A DNA stretch of 64,000 nucleotides, taken from positions 93,248,001 to 93,312,000 of the forward strand of contig OZ024741.1 of the NCBI GenBank assembly GCA_964016885.1. Reading direction: 5' to 3'. Source of the DNA: Eledone cirrhosa. Its lineage: Eukaryota. Below are positions 24,915 through 39,303 of the stretch, piece by piece (positions within the stretch are counted from its first letter, which is position 1; each line of letters starts with the position of its first letter). A program made the translations under genes and the position numbers. The notes under the pieces are model-generated. The model had not been told where the DNA came from. It searched no databases and saw nothing but the letters and a program-made list of their open reading frames with translations.

Positions 24915-27900
24915 CATCATCATCGTTTAACATTCATGTTCCACGCTTGCATGGGTTTGGACGGGAGTTTTACCACTTGAGGCAAGAGTGGTTGTCTTGC
25001 TCGCATAGTACTGTCTGGCGGGTTTTCTACAGCTGGATGCCCTTCCTAACACCAACCACATTTACAGTGTGGGTTGGGAGGTTTTTACTGTGTTGCCTAC
25101 ACGGCCACATTACAGCGTGGACTGTGTGTTTTTTTGTCGTGACACCTACAGGATCTCATTTGTTTCGGCCTGGATGTTGTGGCATCGACATAACTTTACA
25201 TTGAAAGGGGCGGTGTGGATGGGGTGGGGGTGGTGGGACGGGGGTGTGTTTTGTTAGAGATGCCTACTGACTGTAGTAGGTTTTACTTTGTATTCAGGTA
25301 AGGCGGGTCTTCTCTATTACTGAGTACCGCCAAAGATCTCGGTCCAGTGACATTGTCTTGGAGAGGTGTAAGTGTGTGAGGTCGGAATTTATCAGGTCGT
25401 CCCAGGTTTTTCTGGGTCTGCCTACTCCGTGGCTACCGTCTATCTTTATTGCCCTGCACTTTTTTATACAGCTGTCGTCTTTCATGCGCATCACGTGACC
25501 ATACCAACGTAGCCTTCTCTCGAGTAAACAACATCTGATCCCTCTTATTTCTAATTTTTTCCTTAGTTCGTTTATGCTTTGCCATTCGCGTATATTACTC
25601 TTACACATCCAGCGGAGCATGCAAGCTTCGTTCCTCTCTAGTCTGCATATATCCTCTGCACACAATGCCCAGGTCTCACTGCCATGCAACATTGCTGTTC
25701 GTATGCAGGCATCATACAACCTGCCTTTCACTTTTAGGGAGAACCCTTTAGCGGCTAATAGTGGTATAAGCTCTCTGAACTTTTTCCATCCAGTTCTGAC
25801 TCTAGCTACTGTACTTTCGGAGCACCCTCCCCCACTGCTGATTTTGTCACCCAGGTAACGGAAGCTGTCCACTATTTCTATAGAACCCTCTGCGCAGTTG
25901 AAAGAGCTAGTATTTTGTGGGCACTTGCTGCTACTTATTGCACCAGAGCACCGGCCACATGTAAAATCTATGTTGTTAGTTAGCTTACCTGTGATCCCAC
26001 TACATCTTTTATGCACCCATACTTTGCATTTGGGACATAAAATGGAGTTTCTACCTACGCCTTTCCTACACACTGAGCATGGCCATTTCCCGGAAGGGAC
26101 TGGCGCCTTATTTTCTTTCCTACAAACTAGAACTTTAGTCTTAGCCTGGTTAATTTTAAGGCCTTTAGATTCTAGGCCATGCTTCCATGTTTGGAATTTC
26201 TTCTCTAGCTCGGCCATTGATTCAGCTATGAGCGTTAGATCATCTGCGTATAGGAGTTCCCATGGGCAGCCGGTCTTGAACTCCACTGTTATAGCCTGGA
26301 GGGCAATAATAAATAGTAGGGGGCTAAGAACAGAGCCCTGATGAACACAAACTTTTACACTAAACTCTTCACTATATTCGTTGTTAATTCTAACCTTGCT
26401 GACTGTTTCTTTATACATGGCTTGTATAGCTCTCACAAGCCATTCATCAACACCTAGTTTTCTAAGAGCCCACCAGATAATGGAACGGGGGACTCTGTCG
26501 AAGGCTTTCTCCAATTCGACGAAAGCTAAGTATAGGGGTTTACTTTTAGCTAGGTACTTCTCCTGTAGTTGTCGTACAATGAAAAGAGCGTCTGTGGTAC
26601 TTTTTCCTGACACAAACCCGAACTGCATTTCATCTAGATCAATTCGCTCTCTGATTAGTTGCGCTATTACTTTTTCCGTGACCTTCATGACCTGGTCGAT
26701 TAATTTAATGCCTCTATAGCTACTCCTATCTAGGGCATCTCCTTTACCCTTATAACAGTTAACGATGATGCTGCTACGCCAGTCCTTCGGAACAACCCCA
26801 TTCTGTATGACTTGGTTGACTATCCGGGTGACCATGGTGTGTCCCACTGTACCAGATGCCTTCAGCATCTCGGCAACTATTTCCGAAGGCCCAGCCGCCT
26901 TAGCCGTCTTCATATCTTTGATTGCCTTACTTATTATACTACCCTCGACTAACACTGCTGGTCCCTCTATTGGGTCGATGTGGGGGAGACTGTCTTTCTC
27001 CCATTTATTCTCCTCATTTAGTAGCCTTTCATAGTGACACTTCCAAGCTACCTTCTTATCAGCGTCGGTGATGGCAAGTACGCCGTCATCATTAAGTACA
27101 CACTTCTCCCCGACAATATCACTGTTTTTCTTGACACATTGCCTAGCAATCCTGAACACCTCACGTTTTTGGTCCTCACGTTGTAGAACATGCTTGAACT
27201 TTCTTTCCTCTGCTTCCCTTCTTGCGAAGTACACTTGTCTCCTAGCTTCCCTCCTGGCCACTTGATAGTCTTCTCTGCTTCCCCCATCCCGCCATACTTT
27301 CCAAGCCTGCTTTTTGGCCTTAATTAACCTCTCTACTTTCCTGTTCCACCACCATGTTACTCTCCTCCTGCCTACAGGCCTGCTCCAGCCACAGACTTCA
27401 TCTGCCGCCGTCAGCAGGTTTGCTTTCAGGAATTCCCACTGTTCCTCTACCTTGTACGACTCTAATTGCTCTTCCTTACTGTCGAAAGCATCAAGTAATA
27501 TGCTTTGAAATTTATTTTTGGCTGTGGGGTCCTTTAGCTTCCATATTTTTCTCCTGAGGGTAGTCCTCTTCTGTTGTCTAGTACGTCTCGTCCTGACTTT
27601 TTAGGTCGCTAATTATCAGTCTATGTTGGGAGGTGCATTCTTCATAGGGGAGGGATTTAGTGTTTACAACAGTCACTCTGTCACGTCTTCTGGTAAGGAT
27701 ATAGTCTACCTGGCTGGTATGTTCCCTTGATCTGTAGGTGATCAAGTGATTGTCTCGTTTTTTGAAGTTAGTGTTGCAGATAGTTAGGTTATTTGCGTCA
27801 CAGAATTCCAGGATTCTGGAGCCTTCCTCATTTCTAGTACCAAACCCATAGCCTCCATGGATTTCGTCGTAGCCGTCACAATGTTGTCCAACGTGACCGT

Positions 27901-28910
27901 TTAGGTCGCCTGCAATAATTATATAGTCACTGTCGGTTATTTGGGAGGTAGTGAGCATCAGTGCCTCATAAAATCTGTCTTTTATAGTGCTGGGCAGTCC
28001 GGATTGGGGTGCGTACGCGGATATTACTGTCACCGTAGTTCTATTGAGGACAAGTCTTATTTTAATTATTCTGTCGTTCACTCTATTTACGTCTATTATC
28101 TTATCTGTCCACTTTTCTGCTACCATGATCCTACTCCACCCAGCCCATTGTCATTTCCCACCCAGAAAAGCTTATAGCATCGTTTTCTACCCACAATGAA
28201 TCTAGCAGATCCACCCCTCCACCTGGTCTCTTGAATACAGCAAACATCGACCTCCTTACGTTCAAGCATTTCTACAACCTCGTTAGATCGACCCTTTAAG
28301 GTGCCTACATTCAAGGTACCAACTCTGTAGTTTTGGATTGCGTTTGAGGGGTGGGAGCGGGGGGGAGATGGGGTTATGTTAGCCATCCGCGGCCGAAACA
28401 AAGAGGAATGCTCACATTCTCGTCCACGAGGTGTGTTTGTCTTTATCTTTGGCATTGTCGCTGAGCGTCCAGATTTTTCTCTCTTCAACTCTCCGGAACT
28501 CCATAGTCCTTCCATCCTACATATCGAAGGCGACCAGGTAAGCAATAGTATAGGCCTCTGGCTTATGATTGGTCCACGTAATAATAATGGTGGTGCGTGG
28601 GGGCGGGAGGGAGGGGTGTTGAGTTGTTAGCGAGAAGAATAGGTTTAAGTGAGATCCTCGTATTTAACAAGCGATAACAAAATACAAGATTTGTTTAGTA
28701 AAATACGCATAAAACTTTCGTATTTATCAAGCATTGACAAAAATACAAGATTTGTTTTGGAAAATACGAGAGAGAATACACAGAATACAGGAGGAAATAG
28801 GATGGAATGGCTAGTAGTGAACCAAGAATTGGAATGAGGATAGAAAAATGCTATAGGATTTGGAAGGACTGAAATTAAGCGGATGTTAGAAAAGCTAGAA
28901 AAATGAGTAC
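24915..28910 (-). mobile_element. RTE-PHD family, near full-length copy with 5' UTR, frameshifted
   Basis: ORF pieces 28120-28545, 27578-28126 and 25294-27261 closely match copy 1. (GAT)n tail present. Confidence 0.93.
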
Positions 28911-28929
28911 ATTACATTATACCATGAAG

Positions 28930-32240
<3,311 letters not shown>

Positions 32241-32393
32241 AATAATATATATGTATTAAGAAACACAGTAAAACGTTTGTCCAATATTACGAGGGTTGAA
32301 AACCACAATTGTTTGAAATATTTAACCATGAAGCAGACAGAATGATAAAATTAAATTAAATTATATTATACAAACCGCCTCAATAACAATTAT

Positions 32394-32476
32394 ATCTCTC
32401 GGACAGATTAGGGATAATCTGTTTCGCCCAGAGTGTGTTTGCAACAGATAATCCACGGGCATCATCAGCGAGAGAA
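32394..32476 (-). ncRNA. Type I hammerhead ribozyme with three stable stems
   Basis: TCTCTCG-CTGATGA-T-GCCC..GGGC-GAA-ACAGATTA-TCCC-TAATCTGT-C-CGAGAGA. Confidence 0.88.
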
Positions 32477-32550
32477 TCTGATTAAATGCGACAAACACCT
32501 ATTACTAACGTTCACACAGAAAAATGAATATATATAGGATAACAAGATAT

Positions 32551-32665
32551 CATCATCATCATCATCGTTTAACGTCCATCTTCCACGCTTGCATGGGTTT
32601 GGACGGGGGTTTTCCCACTTGAGGCAAGAGTGGTTGTCTTGCTCGCATAGGACTGTCTGGCGTGT
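32551..32665 (-). mobile_element. RTE-PHD family 3' tip
   Basis: Matches the 3' UTR at 11688-11805, with a (GAT)n tail. Confidence 0.85.
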
Positions 32666-32904
32666 TACCTACATATATATACATATATATATACACATGC
32701 ATGCATACATACATATATAGATATATAGACACATACATACATACATTTATACATACACATGCATACATACATATATAGATATATATACACATACATACAT
32801 ATATAGATATATATACACATACATACATACATATATAGATATATATACACATGCATACATACATATATAGATATATATACACATACATATATAGATATAT
32901 ATAC

Positions 32905-33045
<141 letters not shown>

Positions 33046-33147
33046 CACACATGATGGCTGCCCCATCGTTATCGAGTATGGCCATTGCACGAGAAGAAAA
33101 AAAAAACATAAAATAAAAATAATAATAATAAATAAATAAAAAAAAAG

Positions 33148-33210
<63 letters not shown>

Positions 33211-33279
33211 CATACATATATACATACATACATACATACACTCACACATATACACACACATACATTAATAACAATAATA

Positions 33280-33473
33280 ATAATTGTTTCTACTTTAGGC
33301 ACAAGGCCAGCAATTACCCAGTGCATTACTGGTACTTTATTTTATCGACCCCGTAAGGATGAAAGGCAAAGTCAACCTCGGCGGGATTTGAACTCAGATC
33401 CTAAAGGGACGTAACTATGCTGGAAAGCATGGCGTCCGACCCTCTACCGATACTGCCAATCCACCGCCCTTCA
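33280..33473 (-). mobile_element. tRNA-derived SINE, full length
   Basis: A box TGGCAGTATCGG, B box GAGTTCAAATCC, central domain GACTTTGCCTTTCATCCTTACGGGGTCGATAAAATAAAGTACCAG, (ATT)n tail. Other copies at 47240 and 51864. Confidence 0.85.
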
Positions 33474-33566
33474 ATAATAGCAATAATAATAATAATGACA
33501 ACAACAATAATAATATACATATTCATATATATATACACACACACACACACAAACACACGATAGCAA

Positions 33567-36500
33567 CTAACAGTGCTGCGATCGAATGTGGCTTTTTAGC
33601 CCAGCCAATGATCTAAAATGTCTTGCACAGAGTCGGCAACCAAAACATTCACTGGGAATAGTCGGCTGTGGTTGGAGTTCGTGTACTTTTGCATGTCGCT
33701 TGAGCCCTCCTGCTGATTTACATTCTCTACCACATGTTTGGCAAGCATGATGAGTAGCATCTCCAACATCAGCCTGGTAGTCAACCACTGGTCTTACTTT
33801 ATGACTGCGAAGATGACTTTCGAGTCCAGCTTTGCTTAGGCAGAGTCTCGCACAGACGCTGCATGTCAGCACCATAGGAGGACCCTCGCCGTCTGGAAGT
33901 GCAACAGCAATGCCCTTCCTCACGTCCCGCTTTACTTTCTCGTGTGCGATTCGAGATGCCTCAAAGGCAACTTTTCCCTCATATACAGTCTTTCTCCATT
34001 TATTATGATCAGCAGCAATATTTTCCCATGTATCAGCAGAGATGTTAGCGTCTTTCAGAGAGGCTTTCAAGGAATCCTTATACCTCTTTTTTGGTTTATG
34101 TGGCGGTCGTTTTCCTTTAACCAGCTCGCCATAGAAGAGTTGTTTTGGTATTCTAGAATCCCTCATCCTGGCAAGGTGACCACTCCAACGGAGTCGTTGC
34201 TTAAGCACAAGAGCTTCTATACTGTCACACATAGAGCTTTCCAAAATCTCGACATCACTGATGTGGTCCCTCCAGTGAACGCCATGGATCCGTCTGAGAC
34301 ACATCTGATGGAAACGCTCCAATTGCTTAAGGTGGTGTCGATATGTGACCCAGGTCTCGCAGGCATAAAGAAGACAAGAGAGTACACATGCCCTGTACAC
34401 CTTTACCTTTGTCCTCCTGCATATGTCTCGCCGACCCCAGAGTCGCCTTTCTAGCTTTCCGAAAGCATCACTTGTTTTCCTAATCCTAAGTGAGGTTTCA
34501 CTGTCAAGATTGCCGTATCGATTGACAGTGCTTCCCAGGTAGACAAACTGATCAACCACTCCAAGTCGTTTGCCATACACATAGATGTTTGGTTCAGTGT
34601 ACTGCTTACTAGGGGCAGGTTGGTACATGACGACGGTTTTCTTGAGACTGACAGTCAAACCCAGGGCAGTGCAGGCGTCAGAAAATGCATTCAAAATGTG
34701 CTGCATATCACTCTCTGTGTGCGCTACAAGATCGCAATCATCTGCGTACAAGAGGTCTCTTATGATTGATGTAAATACTTTTGTCTTCGCAGCAAAGCGC
34801 CTGATGTTAAATATGCTGCCTGAGGTTCGATATCGGATGTAAACACCATGCTCGCAATTCCTGAATGCAATACAGAAAACCATTGCAAAGTATATGGCAA
34901 ACAGGGTCGGTGCTGGAATATCCCTCTGTTTCACTCCATATTTTACTGAGATAGGCTCCGACATGTTACCTCCGACATTAACCCAAGCCTTCATGTCGTC
35001 ATGGAAAGACCTGACTAAAGCAAGGAACTCATCAGGGCAACCAAGTTTCTGGAGAAGCTTCCATAATGCATCTCTGTTGACAGTATCGAAAGCCTTTGTC
35101 AGATCGACAAAAACCTGATACAGATCCAAGCCTTGTTCAATGCACTTCTCCTGGAGCTGTCTAGCTGAGAAGATCATATCAGTAGTGCCGCGTCCAGCAC
35201 GAAAACCAGATTGACTTTCAGGAAGAACACAATCTGCAATGTGTGTCAGCAGACGGTCCAGAAGCACCCTACATAAAACTTTCCCTACGACAGAAAGCAA
35301 TGATATACCTCTGTAGTTCCCACAATCATTCCTGTTACCCTTTCCCTTGTACAAGACCACCATTACTGCATCTCTCCAGTCCTCAGGCACGGATTCATTA
35401 GCCCATATCTTTCCAAACAAAGAGGGAAGATGTTGCAGGAGTCTCTCACCACCATATTGTAGGAGCTCAGCATGTATGCCATCCATACCTGGAGATCTTC
35501 CACTGTTCAGCTTCGAAATAGCCACTGCAACCTCCACAAGCGTCGGAGGTTCTGCGAGAGCTACTTTCACAGGACTTTCCGGAATGAGATTGAGGAAATC
35601 TTCACTGACGACAGACGGCTGATTCATAACATCATCAAAGTGCTCTCGCCACCTTCGTAGAATTCCCTGTGAGTCACGAAGAAGTTCTTTGCCATCCTTG
35701 CTGCGAATCGGTGTCACCAGAGAGGAAGACGGTCCATAAACCTCACGCAAGAGACTGTACAACAGCTTTGTGTTATTGCAATCAGACGCAGTTTGTATCT
35801 CACCAGCCTTCTCACTCCACCACTGATCCTTCATCTGAGAAAGACTCCGCCTAACACGTGATTTTACATCCCTGAGCTCCTCATGCAACGTATTCCTCTC
35901 CTGTGGTTTTGCCGTCAAGTAGCGTGACAGAGCACGCCTCTTATCAGCCAACAAGTCTTCTATATGTACATCATTCTCATTAAACCAGTCCTGATGTTTT
36001 CTCTGCACCAATCCCAGAACACGCCTGCCTACATCATAAACCGACTTTTTAAGGGTCGGCCAATCCTCACCAAGATCTGCAGCCTGCATCTCTTCTTCCA
36101 ATGTCCTCTTCACACTTTTATCCTTAAGACGAGCAGCATTCAATCTTTTGGGCAGGGTAACACCAGGAGCCCGGATTTTACGTTTGGTGATTAGATTCAC
36201 TTTTGCGCGTACCAGGCGGTGGTCCGTCCAGCACTCAGCTCCACGAAGAACACGAACACACTGCACATCCTGTCTGTCACGCATCCTGACTAGGACGTAG
36301 TCCAAAAGATGCCATTCCTTAGATGCAGGATGCATCCATGTGGTCTTGAATTTGTTCTTTTGTTGGAACATGGTGTTGGTAACACACAGATCCAGCTCCT
36401 CACACATCTGCAGCAGGAGCATACCATTGCTGTTACACTTTCCCACCCCATGCCTTCCGATTACATTCCATGTGTTAAAATCCCTACCCACTCTAGCATT

Positions 36501-37040
36501 AAAGTCACCAAGCACGATGACTTTGTCTGCCTGAGGGATATTTCTTAGAACACCTTTCAAGGCATGGTAAAAGGACAGTTTTTCTTCATCGACAGAATTC
36601 ATAGTTGGAGCATACGCACTCACCAGAGTAGCATATCTTCCCTTGTCCAGCGGAACTCTCATGGACATAAGACGCTCACTAATCCCTACTGGGAATTCTT
36701 CTAATTTATTCACAAGTACAGTCTTAACAGCAAATCCTACCCCAGCCTCTCTTCTGGTTCCTTCATCTCTTCCTTTCCAGAAGAATGTATATTCTCCACA
36801 AAATTCCGTAAGATGACCATCCCCAGCTAACCTCGTCTCAGATAAAGCCACGATGTCAAGATCGTAACGTCGAAGCTCCTTTGCAACAAGAGCGGTCCTT
36901 CGTTCAGGACGCTCCAAAGAATCCCTGTCAAGCAGCGTCCGTACGTTCCAGCAGCCAAGACTAAATGCCCTGTTTGGCTCTATTAAAATGGCACGATGAC
37001 GGGCAGGCCCAGGTTGTGATAACTTGGGGCCCCTGCCCTT
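33567..37040 (-). CDS. RTE ORF: APE + RT + three C-terminal C2H2 zinc fingers
   Basis: CWNVRTL, ALSETRL, GDFNARVG, TDHRLV; DLTKAFD, YADD; CSVC..H..H, CQTC..H..H, CRLC..H..H. The predicted poly-Tyr N-terminus is an artefact. Confidence 0.88.
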   Translation of the reverse strand, partial: KGRGPKLSQPGPARHRAILIEPNRAFSLGCWNVRTLLDRDSLERPERRTALVAKELRRYDLDIVALSETRLAGDGHLTEFCGEYTFFWKGRDEGTRREAGVGFAVKTVLVNKLEEFPVGISERLMSMRVPLDKGRYATLVSAYAPTMNSVDEEKLSFYHALKGVLRNIPQADKVIVLGDFNARVGRDFNTWNVIGRHGVGKCNSNGMLLLQMCEELDLCVTNTMFQQKNKFKTTWMHPASKEWHLLDYVLVRMRDRQDVQCVRVLRGAECWTDHRLVRAKVNLITKRKIRAPGVTLPKRLNAARLKDKSVKRTLEEEMQAADLGEDWPTLKKSVYDVGRRVLGLVQRKHQDWFNENDVHIEDLLADKRRALSRYLTAKPQERNTLHEELRDVKSRVRRSLSQMKDQWWSEKAGEIQTASDCNNTKLLYSLLREVYGPSSSLVTPIRSKDGKELLRDSQGILRRWREHFDDVMNQPSVVSEDFLNLIPESPVKVALAEPPTLVEVAVAISKLNSGRSPGMDGIHAELLQYGGERLLQHLPSLFGKIWANESVPEDWRDAVMVVLYKGKGNRNDCGNYRGISLLSVVGKVLCRVLLDRLLTHIADCVLPESQSGFRAGRGTTDMIFSARQLQEKCIEQGLDLYQVFVDLTKAFDTVNRDALWKLLQKLGCPDEFLALVRSFHDDMKAWVNVGGNMSEPISVKYGVKQRDIPAPTLFAIYFAMVFCIAFRNCEHGVYIRYRTSGSIFNIRRFAAKTKVFTSIIRDLLYADDCDLVAHTESDMQHILNAFSDACTALGLTVSLKKTVVMYQPAPSKQYTEPNIYVYGKRLGVVDQFVYLGSTVNRYGNLDSETSLRIRKTSDAFGKLERRLWGRRDICRRTKVKVYRACVLSCLLYACETWVTYRHHLKQLERFHQMCLRRIHGVHWRDHISDVEILESSMCDSIEALVLKQRLRWSGHLARMRDSRIPKQLFYGELVKGKRPPHKPKKRYKDSLKASLKDANISADTWENIAADHNKWRKTVYEGKVAFEASRIAHEKVKRDVRKGIAVALPDGEGPPMVLTCSVCARLCLSKAGLESHLRSHKVRPVVDYQADVGDATHHACQTCGRECKSAGGLKRHAKVHELQPQPTIPSECFGCRLCARHFRSLAGLKSHIRSQHC

Positions 37041-37427
37041 ATTGCCAATGATCTTTTTTGTTCCAGAACCTAAATTGGCAATTATCTCCTTTACATTGTT
37101 CTGGAACATCATTGAATTGAAAGAAAAAAAAAAGTAATAATAATAGTAATAATAATAATAATAATAGTACACTATTAATAATTATTAATGCACTCGTGCA
37201 ATGCCTGTGCGTGACGAATATTTTTAAAGTGAGGAAAGACTGTGCACTGAACCAATCCCACTCTCTGAGCGACAGTAGCTATAACCCGAAAAGAAAAAAA
37301 GATCAACATCATCGGTAACTACTGAGCCGCAGGTTTTATATCGGAGTTAACCCAGTTTCCTGAGATGCCTTCTCCTAGAAGAATGCCCTGACAAGGGCTA
37401 GGGGTTCTTCACTCCCAGTGGTTTAAC
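33567..37427 (-). mobile_element. RTE-BovB-like LINE, near full length
   Basis: Long open ORF. A probable 5' region at 37190-37427 is separated from the ORF by an AT-rich insertion. Confidence 0.88.
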
Positions 37428-37517
37428 TATATATATATATATATACACACATACATATATATATATACACACACATACATATATACATATATATATATAC
37501 ATACATACATATAGATC

Positions 37518-38603
37518 ATCATCATCACCGTTTTACGTGCGTTCTTCCACGCTAGCATGGGTTAGACGGGTTGTCCTGTTGTGGGCAGTGTCTGGTCGGC
37601 TGACCATGCCTTGCTCATACAGGAACTGATATCGCTTGATTTCTACAGCTGGATGCCCTTCCTAACACCAACCTCATTTACAGTGAGTGCTGGGTGCTTT
37701 TTCGTAGCGCCTACACGTCCACTTTACAGTGTGGGCTGGGTGCTTTTTTGCCGTGGCACCTCCACGACCACCTTGCAGTGGGGGGTGTGGGGGCATATTG
37801 TCTATATGCTTCAGCTTGTACCCATGGGAGGTCGGGTACTCTGTATTACTGCGTGACGCCAGAGGTCATGGTCGTGTGTCATTGCCCTTGAGAGGTGTAA
37901 TTGGGTAAGGTCGGCTTTTATCACCTCATCCCAAGTCATCTTGGGTCTCCCCACTCCGCGGTTTCCATCGACTTCTAGTGCTCTGCACCTTTTTATGCAG
38001 CTGTCATCCTTCATACGCATCACATGTCCATACCAGCGCAACCGCCTCTCCTGCACACAGCATTTGATTCCTCTTATGCTCAGTCTCTCTCTCAATTCAT
38101 TTATGCTTTGTCATTCACGTATATTACTGTTACACATCCATCGGAGCATGCAGGCTTCGTTTCTCTCTAATCTACGTAAGTCTTCCACCTTCAGCGACCA
38201 GGTCTCACTACCATGCAACATTGCTGTTCGGATACATGCATCATACAGTCTGCCTTTCATTCTGAGGGAGAAGCCTTTTGCAGCTAGCAGTGGTAGTAGT
38301 TCCCTAAACTTCTTCCATCCTGTTCTTACCCTACTTATTGTACTTTCTGAACACCCACCTCCGCTGCTAATTCGGTCACCTAGGTAGCAGAAGCTGTCTA
38401 CTGTTTCTACAGAGCCCTCCCAGAGATTGGTGGTACTTGTTTCCTGTGGCTGTTTGCTGCTTGCTGTCCCAGCACAGCTGCTGCATATGAAGCCTACATT
38501 CTTAATTAAGCTTCCTGAGATCCCGCTACATCTCTTGTGTACCCATTGTTAGCATTTGGGGCAGAGAATGGAGTTCCTACCTACACCTTTCCTACATACT
38601 GAG
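37518..38603 (-). mobile_element. Second RTE-PHD subfamily, 5'-truncated copy
   Basis: Homologous to the copy 1 C-terminus ([16 protein letters not shown] region) with a different 3' UTR and a (GAT)n tail. Confidence 0.88.
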
Positions 38604-38797
38604 GTAATCCAATTAGAGGTGAATACTTCTTATCATGGATAGTTTTAGCGTACAGCGTTGTATGACTCAACAAGAGGTTTACGTAGATGACGAGTTTATG
38701 ATTTCACTTGTATACCTATGTAAGTGTATCTTGGAGTAATAAAATTGAAAAAGTGGAGAATATCATGGTCAACAGTACAAAAAAGGAGATTTATTTA

Positions 38798-38906
38798 CAG
38801 TCTAACAATTGTTTCACTGATAGAGTTGTCTAAAAATTGCTAAAGACTGAAAGTAGTGCCACTCAATTTAAAATACATGTTGGCTCCATCAAATCTTCAG
38901 AGACTG
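38798..38906 (-). ncRNA. Hammerhead ribozyme with extended stem II
   Basis: CAGTCT-CTGAAGA-TTTGATGGAG...CTCTATCAGT-GAA-ACAATTGT-T-AGACTG. Confidence 0.65.
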
Positions 38907-39303
38907 AGAAAAAATATAAATATATGCGTAACTGACAAATTTACAAATTCAAATTACCACATCAATATAGAAAGAAAAAAAGAAAGGGGCATAGATATAG
39001 TAAAGATAGAAAGGAAGGGAAGAAGAAAGAGGAAGAAGGAAAAAGAAATAGAGAAAGACGAAGGAAAAAGAAAAAGGGATAGAGAAAGAAGAGGAGAAAA
39101 TTATTACAGCTAAAAATAATAGAATATGATAGAAAAACACGAGTAGAGATATCGTAGTATAGAGAGAAGAATGAAGACGGACAAACAGATGAGTATGATA
39201 GACAAACACAAGTAGAAATAAGATGGAGAGAAGGTAGAGGGGCAAATAGATGAATAAACGTTAATACATGAATAAATGTAAGTAAAAATAAAGATATATT
39301 TCT

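Noticed and set aside
33380-33473. tRNA-like A/B boxes
   Set aside because: This is a SINE head: no cloverleaf, followed by SINE body and tail, and multi-copy.
37040-37172. Poly-Tyr N-terminus of the 1201-aa ORF; SECIS-like ATGA hairpin
   Set aside because: The N-terminus derives from a (TAA)n insertion. The hairpin lacks the 3' GA of the SECIS quartet, and no in-frame UGA ORF lies upstream.
37190-37427. Possible HDV-like ribozyme in the RTE 5' UTR
   Set aside because: Known for some RTEs, but I could not trace the nested double pseudoknot by eye, and the 5' end appears truncated.
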